IMG/VR virus record: IMGVR_UViG_3300033153_007620
Span: 1 to 59,687 of that record
Source of the DNA: a virus
Lineage: Duplodnaviria > Caudoviricetes
DNA length: 59,687 nucleotides
Direction: 5' to 3' (one strand)
Shown in pieces: positions 18,274 to 28,587 of the stretch (positions are counted from its first letter, which is position 1; every line of letters begins with the position of its first letter). Below the pieces are notes generated by a model that ran no database searches, was not told the DNA's origin, and saw only the letters and a program-made list of their open reading frames with translations. The translations under genes and the position numbers were made by a program.

Positions 18274-19638
18274 GTGGGAAAAAAATTAACGACAGATATA
18301 TGCATTCAACGAGCAAAAGCAATACATGGGGATGCATACAGATATGATAAGGTGGAATATTTAGGCAAAGATAAAAATATTTTGATATATTGCAATACCC
18401 ATAAGGAATATTTTTTACAAACACCTCATAATCATTGGGCAGGAAAGGGCTGTTCTAAATGTGGGCGAGAAAAACTTTCTAAAAAACTATCCTCTAATAC
18501 AGCAGAATTTATTGAAAAAGCTAAAATAATTCATGGGGAGATATACTCATATTCAAAAACAGAATATAAAAATAATAATATAAAATTAGAAATATATTGT
18601 AATATTCACAAGGAACATTTTTCACAAACACCAGCATCACATCTTAATGGAAATGGATGTCCAAAATGTGGTTTTGAAAAAATAAGATCAGATAAGCTAC
18701 TTAGTCAAGAAGAATTCATGATTAAAGCTAAAACTTTAAATGGAAGTTCTTTAGATTACACAAATACCATATATAAAAATATGATAACTCCAATCGAAGT
18801 ACATTGCCCTACACATGGTATTTTTTCACAGTTGCCTTTAAATCACCTTAGACGTAAAGGCTGTCCTTTATGTAATATAGAAGCTAAACATTTTGATAGT
18901 AGAAATAATACTGAAAGTTTTATAGGAGTATCTTCGGAAATACATAATAACAAGTATGATTACTCTTTAACAAATTATGAGTTTTCAAATAAAAAAGTTA
19001 AAATCATCTGCCCTATACATGGGATGTTTGAACAGACCCCCACAGACCATTTGGCTGGAAAAGGTTGTAAAAAATGCGGATTTGAAAAAGTATGGGATAG
19101 CAGAGGAAGAACTACTACAGAAGAGTTTATTGCAAAGGCAAAAAAAGTCCATAAGAATACTTATGACTATTCCGTATCAAAGTATGTAAAAAGTAATCAC
19201 AAGATTAAAATTATATGTAGAAAGCATGGTTTATTTGAGCAGACACCAAATAAACATCTTTGTGGTAGTGGTTGTCCAGAGTGCGCTAGAGAAAATAGAT
19301 CTGGAAAAAATAGCCCACGATATAAAGATGGTAAATCTGATATTCGACGTAAAGAGAGAAAAACACCAGAAAATGAAAAATGGGCAAAAGATGTGAAAAA
19401 ACAAAAAACATCTTGTGATTGTTGTGAGGATGTCTTTGACAAAATTACTATATCTCACGCACATCATTTAAATTCGTGGGCAGATTATCCAAAAGAAAGA
19501 TATGATTTGAATAATGGCGTAGCAATATGTGGTGTTTGTCATTGGGAATTTCACGGAAAGTATGGACATGGAGAAAATACAATGGGACAGTATTATCAAT
19601 TCAAACAGATAAAACAAATGGAGAATATCTATGGCTAA
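18274..19638 (+). CDS. HNH homing endonuclease with 5 DUF723-like Zn repeats
   Basis: C-terminal CDCC..HAHHLNSW..NNGVAICGVCHWEFH; GTG start after AGGAGG. Confidence 0.8.
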   Translation: MGKKLTTDICIQRAKAIHGDAYRYDKVEYLGKDKNILIYCNTHKEYFLQTPHNHWAGKGCSKCGREKLSKKLSSNTAEFIEKAKIIHGEIYSYSKTEYKNNNIKLEIYCNIHKEHFSQTPASHLNGNGCPKCGFEKIRSDKLLSQEEFMIKAKTLNGSSLDYTNTIYKNMITPIEVHCPTHGIFSQLPLNHLRRKGCPLCNIEAKHFDSRNNTESFIGVSSEIHNNKYDYSLTNYEFSNKKVKIICPIHGMFEQTPTDHLAGKGCKKCGFEKVWDSRGRTTTEEFIAKAKKVHKNTYDYSVSKYVKSNHKIKIICRKHGLFEQTPNKHLCGSGCPECARENRSGKNSPRYKDGKSDIRRKERKTPENEKWAKDVKKQKTSCDCCEDVFDKITISHAHHLNSWADYPKERYDLNNGVAICGVCHWEFHGKYGHGENTMGQYYQFKQIKQMENIYG

Positions 19639-21543
19639 AAAAGATATGGCAAAAATAAATAATAATAAACCAGTAAAATTTGAGTTTAATTTATCAAAGA
19701 AACAATATTTTGCTTATTCTGTAGATGCAAATGAGATATTTTTCGGTGGTTGATTTCGGGCTACCTTTCACAGTAATGTGTCAAAATAAAAACCCTTTAA
19801 CTGCTGGAACATCCTTATAGGACAATCAGCATCCAAGCCTCTTTTAGAGGAAGGTTCAGAGATAGTCATTGTGACGTACACTACAAACTACTGGTAGTGG
19901 AAACGGGGAAACGGGGGTCTCCCATTTTGGGATGAAGATATGATCCAAACTTCTATGGTAACATAGAGCAGTTCGTAATAGAACGGGTAAGAATTGGTGC
20001 TTCTTATTGAATATAATTATCGAAAGGTAGTGGAAAAAGTCATCTTATTAGATATGCTTCTATCCTATACAGTTTAGCTGTACCGGGATTACAGACATAT
20101 CTCTTCAGAAGAACATCAAAGCAGGTACGGAGCAACCATTTATTTGGGTCCACTGGCTACATGAATGTATTGAAACCATTCATAGATGCTGGAAAAGTGG
20201 ATATAAATCAATCAGATAATAGAATTGATTTTTTCCATAAAGATGCTGAAGGAAATAGTTTACCAACAAGTTCAATATTTCTATGCCATTGTCAACATGA
20301 ATCTGATGTTGAGGTTTATCGTGGTTGTGAGATCCATTTCTTAATAATGGATGAATTGACACATTTTACATCTTATCAGTATAAAACATTGAGAAGTTGT
20401 GTGAGATTAGGTTTACAAATAGATTATAAAAAAGCACAAGAGATTTTGACTTTTTATGATAGTGAGGGATCAGTAACTGGAAAAGCCAATGCAGGTTTTT
20501 TTCCAAAAATTCTATGTGCTTCAAACCCCGGAAATGTTGGGCATCAGTGGGTAAAATCAACTTGGATTGATCCCATCCCTCCTAATGTGGTAGTTCAGAT
20601 GGAAGACTCGGAAGGAGGCGGCCGCAGGATTTTCATACCAGCCCTTTTAGAAGACAACGTTCATCTCTTACATATTGACCCCTCTTACAAAGCTAAACTA
20701 ATAGGAGTAGGAGGAGACGCTGCAAAAGCAATGTTGGACGGAAATTGGGAAATAGCTTCCGGGAGTGCAATTGCGGATGTCTGGGATAAAAGGTACAATG
20801 TAATAGCTCCATTTGATATACCCCATGACTGGACAATAGACAGAGGATTTGACTGGGGATCAGCTAAGCCATTTGCCGTAGTATATTTTGCTGAAGCAAC
20901 AGGCACATCAGCAACACTCCATAATGGAAAAACATTCACTCCTGTAGAAGGAACTGTTTTTGCTATTGGAGAAATATATGGGAATGATCCAAAAGATTCT
21001 GACCCAGATACAGGTTGTAAAGCATCGGCTAGAGAAATTGGGGCAAAAATAAAACAATATGAGGGATCTGTGGAATGGGGGCATAGAGTTGTATCAGGAC
21101 CGGGAGATGGTCAGATCTTTGAAGATAACAGATCTGGTACAGATGAATGTATAAATGATAATCTTCTAAAAGGTTATAATTCTTATGAAATAGAAGGGGG
21201 ACATGCATCTTATATTAATCAGTATACGGAAGAATTATTTACAAGAGCAGATAAATCGCCCGGATCTCGTAAGAAAGGATTAGAACTTTTACGTTCTTAT
21301 TTACTGGATGCCCATGAGAAAGTAGATTCAAAAACAGGAGATAGTATGCCCCCAGAAGAAGCAGGTATGATTTTTTTCACGAATTGTAAGAATGCTATTA
21401 GAACACTTCCCACTATCCCACGAAGTGAACGTGACCCAGAAGATGTAAACTCAGAAAGTCCAGATCACATTTATGATGTTCTTCGTTACCGTTTAGCAGC
21501 GAGCAGACCAAAATTCCAAAGACTAACCCTATTAGGGCTATAA
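19631..21543 (+). CDS. terL: Terminase large subunit, spliced (exon 1 19631-19750, exon 2 from about 20020 to 21543)
   Basis: Exon 1 ends EIFFGG and exon 2 begins SKGSGKSHL (Walker A); LIMDELTHF Walker B; ASNPG; RGFDWGSAKPF and DHIYDVLRY nuclease motifs. Confidence 0.9.
19751..20019 (+). ncRNA. ORF-less group I intron (IA2-like) in terL
   Basis: P AACTGCTGGAAC, Q AATCAGCA, R GTTCAGAGATA, S AAGATATGATCC; P1 GGTGGT/GCTACC with U.G at splice site; P2 CACA-GTAA-TGTG; P7.1/P7.2; P9 CTATG-GTAA-CATAG. Confidence 0.9.
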
Positions 21544-21558
21544 AAAGAGGTAAAATAT

Positions 21559-23373
21559 ATGGCATTTGAAAATTTATTAAGTTCTCCATTAACACAAATT
21601 AAGGAGAAAGGACAGATACTCAATTTTTCTGTTAACAATCCACATCCAGAATATTTGGAATGGACACCAATATGGAAAAAGTGTAGAGATGCAAGAGCAG
21701 GTCAACGGGCAATAAAAGCTGCTGGAACTACATATCTTCAGAAAATGAATGGGCAGGAACCACATGAGTATGAAAATTATAAAGAAAGAGCACAGTGGTA
21801 TGGGGCGACAGGAAGAACTGTAGAAAGTTATTTGGGTATGATATACAGGAAAGAGCCTCATATTGTAATCAAGGAAAGCAAAGGTTCTACAGAAGTTGTA
21901 GATAAAACTCTTCTTGATAAAGATGTTTACTATGATGTTTCATCTTCTAAAGGAAAATCTTTTAATTCTTTCTCTCGTGATATTATAGAAGATGTTATTG
22001 TAGTCAATAGAGTGGGAGTGTTAATTGATTATCCTTCGGTAGACATCAATATACTGGAAAGCATGAATCTACTAGATGCAGAAACCACAAATTATAAACC
22101 ACTACTTTCAATGTATAAAGCAGAAAGCATCATAAATTGGCATTATGAATATATTAATAATATCCCTGTTCCTGTGATGTTTGTTTTAAAAGAAGAAATT
22201 TATGATACATCATCTATGGATTCCATATCTCCTACTAAAGTAGATTCCTATAGAATATTATTTTTAGAACCTTATTATACTGAAAATGGGCAATTGAAAG
22301 GACGCTATAAGGAGATGACTTTCAGGGAAACTACTATTGAAGAACATGGTAAAAAGATACTGGTTTCTTCAGCAGATAGTATAGGATACCCTTTAAGAAA
22401 TGGGGAATATATTGATCATATTCCATTTAGTATTATGACAGATAAAGGGATAGATTTTGATGCTATAAATGATAGTATGATTTATGATTTGGCTGAAACT
22501 AATATTGGGCATTATCGTAATAGTGCTGATATGGAAAATGAATATCACATAGTTGGTTGTAAGACGGCAATATTCCCCGGATGGGATAAAAAGGTTCATG
22601 GGAATCCCAGATTGGGAGGGGCCTTGGCCTGTTCAAAAGGGTGTGAACCATATATGCTAGAAGCGAGTTCTGATAGTGGTATCTCTACAGAGATGCAGAA
22701 TAAAGAACTGCGGATGAGTGTTTTGGGGGCTGAAAGGATTAGTCAGAAAGGAAGGTATACCCCCAGTACAGCTACGGCACAGCTCAATACAGCAAGTGAG
22801 GCCTCAACACTTACCACAGCCAGTATTTTTGCAAGTGAGGCATTTTCAAAGATATTAACAGAACAATTACAATGGGATAAAGATGAAGAATATGTGGTTG
22901 AAGTAACATTAAATCAGGATTACTATAATCTTGAGATGACTGGAAGTCAGGTTTTAGAATGGATGGATGCTTATCAACGTGGGGGGATTAGTTCGCAGGT
23001 TTTCTACTCAAATTTGGAAAAGGGCGAGATTTTTCCAGTTGAGTGGGATTACCAAAAGGAACAGGATGCTATTGAAGCAGATGAGGAAAGGAGAAACAAC
23101 CTATCTGATGAAAAGTTTATTGCTTTATCGGAAAGAATATTAGAGCTTGAAGAGAAAGGTGTAAATGCCACAATTTCTACCACATCGACGGGTAATACAC
23201 TAACTTCAGTTTCTACCGCGAGTGGCGGTGCAGGACAATCTACTAGTGCAGATATAAGCTCTGGAGGACTTGCTTCGGGACAGACACGAAACAATGAAAC
23301 TCAAAACAAGGGAGGATCTGCGACTGAGGATAAAGTAGTAGCGGATGAAAAAAATGTTGCGGGAGATAAATAA
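21559..23373 (+). CDS. Portal protein (DUF4055-like)
   Basis: HPEY..W..CRDA..G..AIK..YL...YENYKERA; LAETNIGHYRNSAD; follows TerL. Confidence 0.85.
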   Translation: MAFENLLSSPLTQIKEKGQILNFSVNNPHPEYLEWTPIWKKCRDARAGQRAIKAAGTTYLQKMNGQEPHEYENYKERAQWYGATGRTVESYLGMIYRKEPHIVIKESKGSTEVVDKTLLDKDVYYDVSSSKGKSFNSFSRDIIEDVIVVNRVGVLIDYPSVDINILESMNLLDAETTNYKPLLSMYKAESIINWHYEYINNIPVPVMFVLKEEIYDTSSMDSISPTKVDSYRILFLEPYYTENGQLKGRYKEMTFRETTIEEHGKKILVSSADSIGYPLRNGEYIDHIPFSIMTDKGIDFDAINDSMIYDLAETNIGHYRNSADMENEYHIVGCKTAIFPGWDKKVHGNPRLGGALACSKGCEPYMLEASSDSGISTEMQNKELRMSVLGAERISQKGRYTPSTATAQLNTASEASTLTTASIFASEAFSKILTEQLQWDKDEEYVVEVTLNQDYYNLEMTGSQVLEWMDAYQRGGISSQVFYSNLEKGEIFPVEWDYQKEQDAIEADEERRNNLSDEKFIALSERILELEEKGVNATISTTSTGNTLTSVSTASGGAGQSTSADISSGGLASGQTRNNETQNKGGSATEDKVVADEKNVAGDK

Positions 23374-23381
23374 AAAAGTAC

Positions 23382-23496
23382 TTGACAAATAATGGATATA
23401 GTTTTTCATACTTATAGTATGAAAAATTAATAACTGTCTTTTTCTCGATCGAGACTGACAGTGAAAATTGTCAGGAGAGGGAGACAGATTATTATG
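23382..23496 (+). promoter_or_regulatory. HNH leader copy A: promoter, minigene MKN, RBS-sequestering hairpin
   Basis: TTGACA-19-CATACT-6-ATGAAAAATTAA; stem CTGTCTTTTTCTC/GAGAGGGAGACAG. Confidence 0.75.
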
Positions 23497-24455
23497 AGTA
23501 AAAAATTATCACAAGAAGAATGGGTTGAAAAAGCATACAAAATGCACGGAGATAAGTATGGCTATTCTAAATCTATATATAAAGGAAATAAAATTCCAGT
23601 AGATATTTATTGTAAGATCCATAAAAAATATTTTACACAAACTCCTAAAAACCATATGAGAGGACAAGGCTGTCCTGATTGTGGGAGGGAAAGTTCCATA
23701 CAAGCTGTAAGGTACACACAAGAGAAATTTTTTAAAAAATGTATAAAAATTCATGGAGATAAGTATGACTACTCTACATCTATTTATTTAGGGTCTGAAC
23801 AAGAAGTAGAGATTTTCTGTAAAAAGCATAATTTGTATTTTACACAAAAAGCTTCTGCGCATTTAAGAGGACATGGATGCCCCACATGCTCCAAGAATAA
23901 GAAATCGAATAATAATGAGTTTATTACAAAATCCATGCAAATCCATGCAAATATATACAATTATTGTTTAGTAAATTATATTAATAATAAAACAAAAGTT
24001 AAGATTATTTGTAATAAACATGGAATTTTTGCAATTAGCCCGGATCACCATTTGCGTGGGAATGGTGGCAAAGGAAGAGGATGTCCCACATGTTCCAAAG
24101 AGAATATAAGTAATAGAATTACTGGCAAAACAAATCCAAATTATAAACATGGAAGAACTAAATATTGCAGCAATGAAAGAAATACCCCTGAGAATTACCA
24201 ATGGATGAAAGCAATTAAAAAAGATAAGATTTGCTGTGATTGTTGTGATGTAGTTTTTCTAAAGAAATGAAAAGTGTAGCACATCATTTAAATTCTTGGA
24301 TGGATAATATGGATCAAAGGTATAACTTGAATAATGGGGTTTGTATTTGTGAAAAATGTCATGCTAAATTCCATAATGGCTATGGTTGGGGACATAATTC
24401 AAAACAACAATATGAAAATTTTAAAGAGAGGGAATATCATGACAACAAGCAATGA
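23494..24455 (+). pseudogene. HNH endonuclease with DUF723-like repeats, -1 frameshift at T5 run 24254-24258
   Basis: CDCCDVVF continues as SKEMKSVAHHLNSW..NNGVCICEKCHAKFH in the -1 frame, collinear with paralog 18274. Confidence 0.75.
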
Positions 24456-25530
24456 GCAGTTATCTGATTTATCAATCACTAATCAAATCTTAATAGAAAG
24501 ATTTAAGAACTCGGTCAGTTCTTCTATGCTTATATTTTTCAGAAATATGGAAAAAAAGGTCCAGAAAGAAATAAAAGCCCACTATGACGAAGATCGTTTA
24601 ATAATTACAGAAAAAAATGTACTTAAAAGAAAACTCAATGAAATACAGGAAATTGAACTCAACAAAATCCATACACAAATAATGAGAGATGTCCATAAGT
24701 TTTTAGGGTCACAAGCACATATCTACGAAAATCAGTTAAAAGAAGTGCTATCAGAAGTCTCTGATTTTATCAAAGTGAAAAGAATTGATGATAAAACATT
24801 AAAAAAGATTTATGACAAAGAACCAATTACTTTTGATAAGGGGAAATATTACACATTAAACACTCTATGGTCGACCTTCTTCCTGAGTGTAAGAACTACT
24901 CTAAATCAAAATACGGAGAGTGCCTATAAATTAAAGAAGACCACTAGAGAATACACATCTGATCTGAATAAAGGGTATAAGATTAACGAAAATTCATTAG
25001 CAACTATCATTGCTGTATACATACAGCAAGCCTCACAGGTGGCTTCCAAGTCTGTTAATAAAGTGAATGAAAATTTCGTTCGGGGATATATGTGGCTATC
25101 GACACTTGATTCTAGGACCTCCCCTATATGCATAGACTATTCCGGAAAAGTGTACTATCATGAATTTCCTGAGAGATCTACACTACCATATGAAGCGTAT
25201 CCGCCGATTCATTTTTTCTGCCGTTCGACTACATCGCCAATCGTAAAAAGCTATAGAGAATTAGGTATTCCAGCAAGCGAGCTAACTGAAGCACAAAAAG
25301 CCTTGATTCCAAATAGTACTCCTGTTGATACGACATACAGCCAGTGGTTTGAGCGTCAACCAAATTCTATTAAAAAAGAAGTTCTTGGTTCTGTAAGATG
25401 GAATGTTTATCAGAATAATAATTTAGATGTGATGTCATTTTATAGCAGAGATGGTAGGAAATTGACTCTTAAACAATTGCAGGACAAAAATGTTACAATA
25501 AGCAAAGAGTATATGCGATACATTAATTAA
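24439..25530 (+). CDS. Minor head protein (Mu gpF / SPP1 gp7-like)
   Basis: WLSTLDSRTSPIC..PPIHFFCRST; TYSQWF..Q..EVLG. Confidence 0.85.
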   Translation: MTTSNEQLSDLSITNQILIERFKNSVSSSMLIFFRNMEKKVQKEIKAHYDEDRLIITEKNVLKRKLNEIQEIELNKIHTQIMRDVHKFLGSQAHIYENQLKEVLSEVSDFIKVKRIDDKTLKKIYDKEPITFDKGKYYTLNTLWSTFFLSVRTTLNQNTESAYKLKKTTREYTSDLNKGYKINENSLATIIAVYIQQASQVASKSVNKVNENFVRGYMWLSTLDSRTSPICIDYSGKVYYHEFPERSTLPYEAYPPIHFFCRSTTSPIVKSYRELGIPASELTEAQKALIPNSTPVDTTYSQWFERQPNSIKKEVLGSVRWNVYQNNNLDVMSFYSRDGRKLTLKQLQDKNVTISKEYMRYIN

Positions 25531-25539
25531 GGAGAAAAG

Positions 25540-26826
25540 ATGACAAATACAGAATGGCTGTTAGAAAAATGCCCATCACCAATGGATAGTGCTGATCTGA
25601 TAAATTTATATGATGAGCTATGTGAGTATCAGGGATCTCATATGTCTTCTGAATCATTTAAACGGCTTTGTAGGAAAACAGCACAAGAATATAGAGACAA
25701 TGCAGAAATATCAACAGAAACAGATAATTTAAAAGATACAGAAGTATTATTAGATAAATTGAATGAGACAGATAATAAATTAGAGTTATCTTTGAAGAGC
25801 TATAAGATTCAGGATGTAGAGGCCGCCGCTAAAATAGCTGGGATAGATTTGAGCAAGTGGAGGTGTATTAGGAAGAAAGTTAAAGCAACACAGAACGCGT
25901 CTAATCCTTATTTTATCGTTGAAGGTTCTTTTGCCCCTAAAGAAGAAGATGAGATCACGCCTGAAAAATACGCCGAAAGATTCAAAGATTTGGTGGAAGA
26001 TTATGAACCTCCGGTTCCACCACTCCTAAAGACAAAAATAGACCCTAAAAACAGAATGGCTGAGATTTGCATCATGGACTTTCACTACGGACAGTTAAGT
26101 TGGGATGAAGAAACTAGAGATGATAACTATAATATTGAGATAGCTTCTAAATTGTTGGATGGCACAATTGATCATTTTATTCAAGAAACAGAAGGAAAGA
26201 TTGACAGATATGTACTTCCAATCGGAAATGACTTTTTTAATTGCAATACGAAAGCCAATACAACATTTGGAGGAACACCACAAGATGAAGATGGGCATTT
26301 CAAACATACTCATCTTACAGCAGAAGCACTCTGGGTAAAGCAAATAGATAAATTAAATACTGTTGCAGATGTAGAGGTTGTCTTAATTTCTGGCAATCAC
26401 GATGAGGAAAGACTCTGGTATCTTGGGCAGTTTTTATTTGCTTGGTATAGAAATAATTCATCTGTGATTATAGATAATTCTCCTCCACAGAGAAAATATA
26501 TTAGATATGGTAGAAATCTTTTAGGCTTTACACACGGAAATAAAGAAATCCGAAACTCTCTGCCTTTATTGATGGCACAGGAAATGCCTATAGATTTCTC
26601 TGAAACTAAATTTCGAGAATGGAATATTGGACACCTACATAGCTATTCTGAAAAGAATACAAGACTTGTTAAAGAAACTCATGGGATTAGGGAAATTGTA
26701 TTACCTTCGTTAGTACCTTTGGACTCATGGCACTCTGGTAAAGGATATATGCATTTGAATGAGGCTATGTGTTTTATATGGGATAAAGAGAAAGGAAAGG
26801 TGATGACACATTATTTCCATCCATAA
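25540..26826 (+). CDS. Calcineurin-like metallophosphoesterase
   Basis: DFHYG, GNDFFN, GNHD, THG, GHLH motifs. Confidence 0.8.
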   Translation: MTNTEWLLEKCPSPMDSADLINLYDELCEYQGSHMSSESFKRLCRKTAQEYRDNAEISTETDNLKDTEVLLDKLNETDNKLELSLKSYKIQDVEAAAKIAGIDLSKWRCIRKKVKATQNASNPYFIVEGSFAPKEEDEITPEKYAERFKDLVEDYEPPVPPLLKTKIDPKNRMAEICIMDFHYGQLSWDEETRDDNYNIEIASKLLDGTIDHFIQETEGKIDRYVLPIGNDFFNCNTKANTTFGGTPQDEDGHFKHTHLTAEALWVKQIDKLNTVADVEVVLISGNHDEERLWYLGQFLFAWYRNNSSVIIDNSPPQRKYIRYGRNLLGFTHGNKEIRNSLPLLMAQEMPIDFSETKFREWNIGHLHSYSEKNTRLVKETHGIREIVLPSLVPLDSWHSGKGYMHLNEAMCFIWDKEKGKVMTHYFHP

Positions 26827-26839
26827 AATAAAAAAGTAC

Positions 26840-26882
26840 TTGACAAATTCTCCTATATGGATTATTGTTGTTATCAGGAGGA
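26840..26882 (+). promoter_or_regulatory. Promoter whose spacer carries an anti-SD for the downstream HNH gene
   Basis: TTGACA-17-TATTGT; TTCTCCT (26848-54) complementary to AGGAGGA (26876-82). Confidence 0.55.
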
Positions 26883-26885
26883 AAT

Positions 26886-27671
26886 ATGAAAACTTTTGAG
26901 AAGAATATGAAAGAAATATTAGGAGATGATATTTATTTTAGTAAAAATAAAACAGAAAGGAAAATAGCATTAAATAAAGTGGGATATAAACTATGCCATA
27001 CCTGTGAAACAATTAAAAAGTTAGACGAATTTGGAAAAGGCAAATATACGTGGGATGGAAAAAATCATGCTTGCCTTTCTTGTATGATAAAGAAGCGCAC
27101 AACGTATAAGAAGACACTTACGCCTGAGCAGTTAGAGAATCAGAAAAAATATACAAGAAATTATCAAAAAAGTTGGAGAGCTAATTTAAAAAAGAATGAT
27201 ATTGAAAAATTCAGAGAACTAAATAGGAAAAAGAAAGCACAGTTCAAAAAGAATCACCCAGAAAAATTTAGAGAAATGATGAAACTTCAGGCTAGGAGAA
27301 GACGTTCTCACAATGCCCATAGCCGAATACGACATACATTAGCTGCAAGGATGGTATCCGCTTTACAAAGACAAGATACATCTAAAAAAAGTAGCACATT
27401 TGATCTTATAGGAGAAACACCTGCGTTTCTAGTAAATTATCTCAACACAATTGCATCCAACGGACTAAAATATGGAGATAAAAATGTACAAGTAGATCAC
27501 ATAATTCCATGTGCATTTTTTGATCTAACAAGTGAATTAGAACAAAGAATATGTTTTAACTATAGAAATTTACAATTACTTTTAGCAAATGATAATAGGA
27601 TAAAGAGTGACACTCTGCCATATAATTTAGATGAATTATATAATGAAATAGAAGGACATCATCAACGATGA
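26886..27671 (+). CDS. HNH homing endonuclease (1 Zn module)
   Basis: VDHIIPCAFFDL..CFNYRNLQLL..DN..K. Confidence 0.8.
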   Translation: MKTFEKNMKEILGDDIYFSKNKTERKIALNKVGYKLCHTCETIKKLDEFGKGKYTWDGKNHACLSCMIKKRTTYKKTLTPEQLENQKKYTRNYQKSWRANLKKNDIEKFRELNRKKKAQFKKNHPEKFREMMKLQARRRRSHNAHSRIRHTLAARMVSALQRQDTSKKSSTFDLIGETPAFLVNYLNTIASNGLKYGDKNVQVDHIIPCAFFDLTSELEQRICFNYRNLQLLLANDNRIKSDTLPYNLDELYNEIEGHHQR

Positions 27672-27681
27672 GGCATCACAG

Positions 27682-27735
27682 AGGCTGTATAGGTTGGTTA
27701 CTTTTGCGAGAGGTTAACCTATACAGCTTATTTTT
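27682..27735 (+). terminator. Intrinsic terminator
   Basis: GCTGTATAGGTT/AACCTATACAGC stem plus T tract. Confidence 0.7.
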
Positions 27736-27786
27736 ATGCTTGACAAACTTTTCTACTTATGTTATATTGTATGGAGTATACTAATG

Positions 27787-27870
27787 CAGGTAGGAGGATT
27801 TTATGAGTAGTTACAATGAGAAATTAAAACAGGTAGGAGGATTATGAGTAGTTACAATGAGAAATTAAAA
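27787..27870 (+). repeat. Tandem duplication (43 and 41 bp) of an RBS plus first 9 codons
   Basis: CAGGTAGGAGGATT(TT)ATGAGTAGTTACAATGAGAAATTAAAA twice. Confidence 0.95.
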
Positions 27871-28182
27871 CACCCTTTGTGACAGAAGAAGAGGCTAGAA
27901 ATATTTCGTAGAGATAAATTTGCATGCACCGTATGTGGTAATACTGAGAGTACTTTACATGCCCATCATAAGGAGTATATGGTAGGGAAGGAGCCTTGGG
28001 AACATCCAAATGATATGATTACAACGTTGTGCGAATATTGCCATAAATTGGAACACAATATTACTACAAACATTGGCAATAAAAAGCAGAGCAAAGACAT
28101 TAGATGGCAGAAAGCAAAATTAATTCTACTTGAATACCACAATTTTAAATGGAGAACTATACTTAAAGCAAGATTAAATTAA
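27844..28182 (+). pseudogene. Small HNH endonuclease with in-frame TGA at codon 13
   Basis: MSSYNEKLKHPL*QKKRLEIFRRDKFACTVCG..LHAHH..LCEYCH; the stop sits where W is expected. Confidence 0.75.
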
Positions 28183-28194
28183 AGAGAGGAACAA

Positions 28195-28587
28195 TTGACA
28201 GAAACAGAAAACCAAGAATTAGACTATCTGCTTGGAGAATACGAAGAGAAAATGTTTGATATTGCTACAAGGTACGCAGACTATGAAGGAGTGTGTGTTT
28301 GTGGTGATGAGACTGACCCACATTTTCGATACACACTGCACCCAGATGTAATGAGTTTATGTTTGTACGCTTTGAGGAAGGAAGATTTTGATTCATTTGA
28401 GATATTACTGTTACTAAATGATATTATGATTAGTAGCGAGCTGGAAGACAATGAGGAAGAACATACTGACAGTAGAATTGATGAGTTAACTGAAATTAAT
28501 ATGGAGCATTACCGCAATAACACTGATTGGAAGAATCCACTTCATGTGGAGAAATTATTAAAAAGAAATTCAAAAAGAGGAAGATGA
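28195..28587 (+). CDS. Acidic hypothetical protein
   Basis: TTG start after GAGGA. Confidence 0.55.
   Translation: MTETENQELDYLLGEYEEKMFDIATRYADYEGVCVCGDETDPHFRYTLHPDVMSLCLYALRKEDFDSFEILLLLNDIMISSELEDNEEEHTDSRIDELTEINMEHYRNNTDWKNPLHVEKLLKRNSKRGR

Noticed and set aside
20161-21543. TerL starting at 20161 as in the ORF track
   Set aside because: It lacks Walker A; the frame extends upstream to 20020 and joins exon 1 across the intron
27880-27882. Genome-wide TGA=Trp recoding
   Set aside because: Many genes end in TGA with clean coupling to the next gene, and Trp is TGG in long structural genes; this is a single local event
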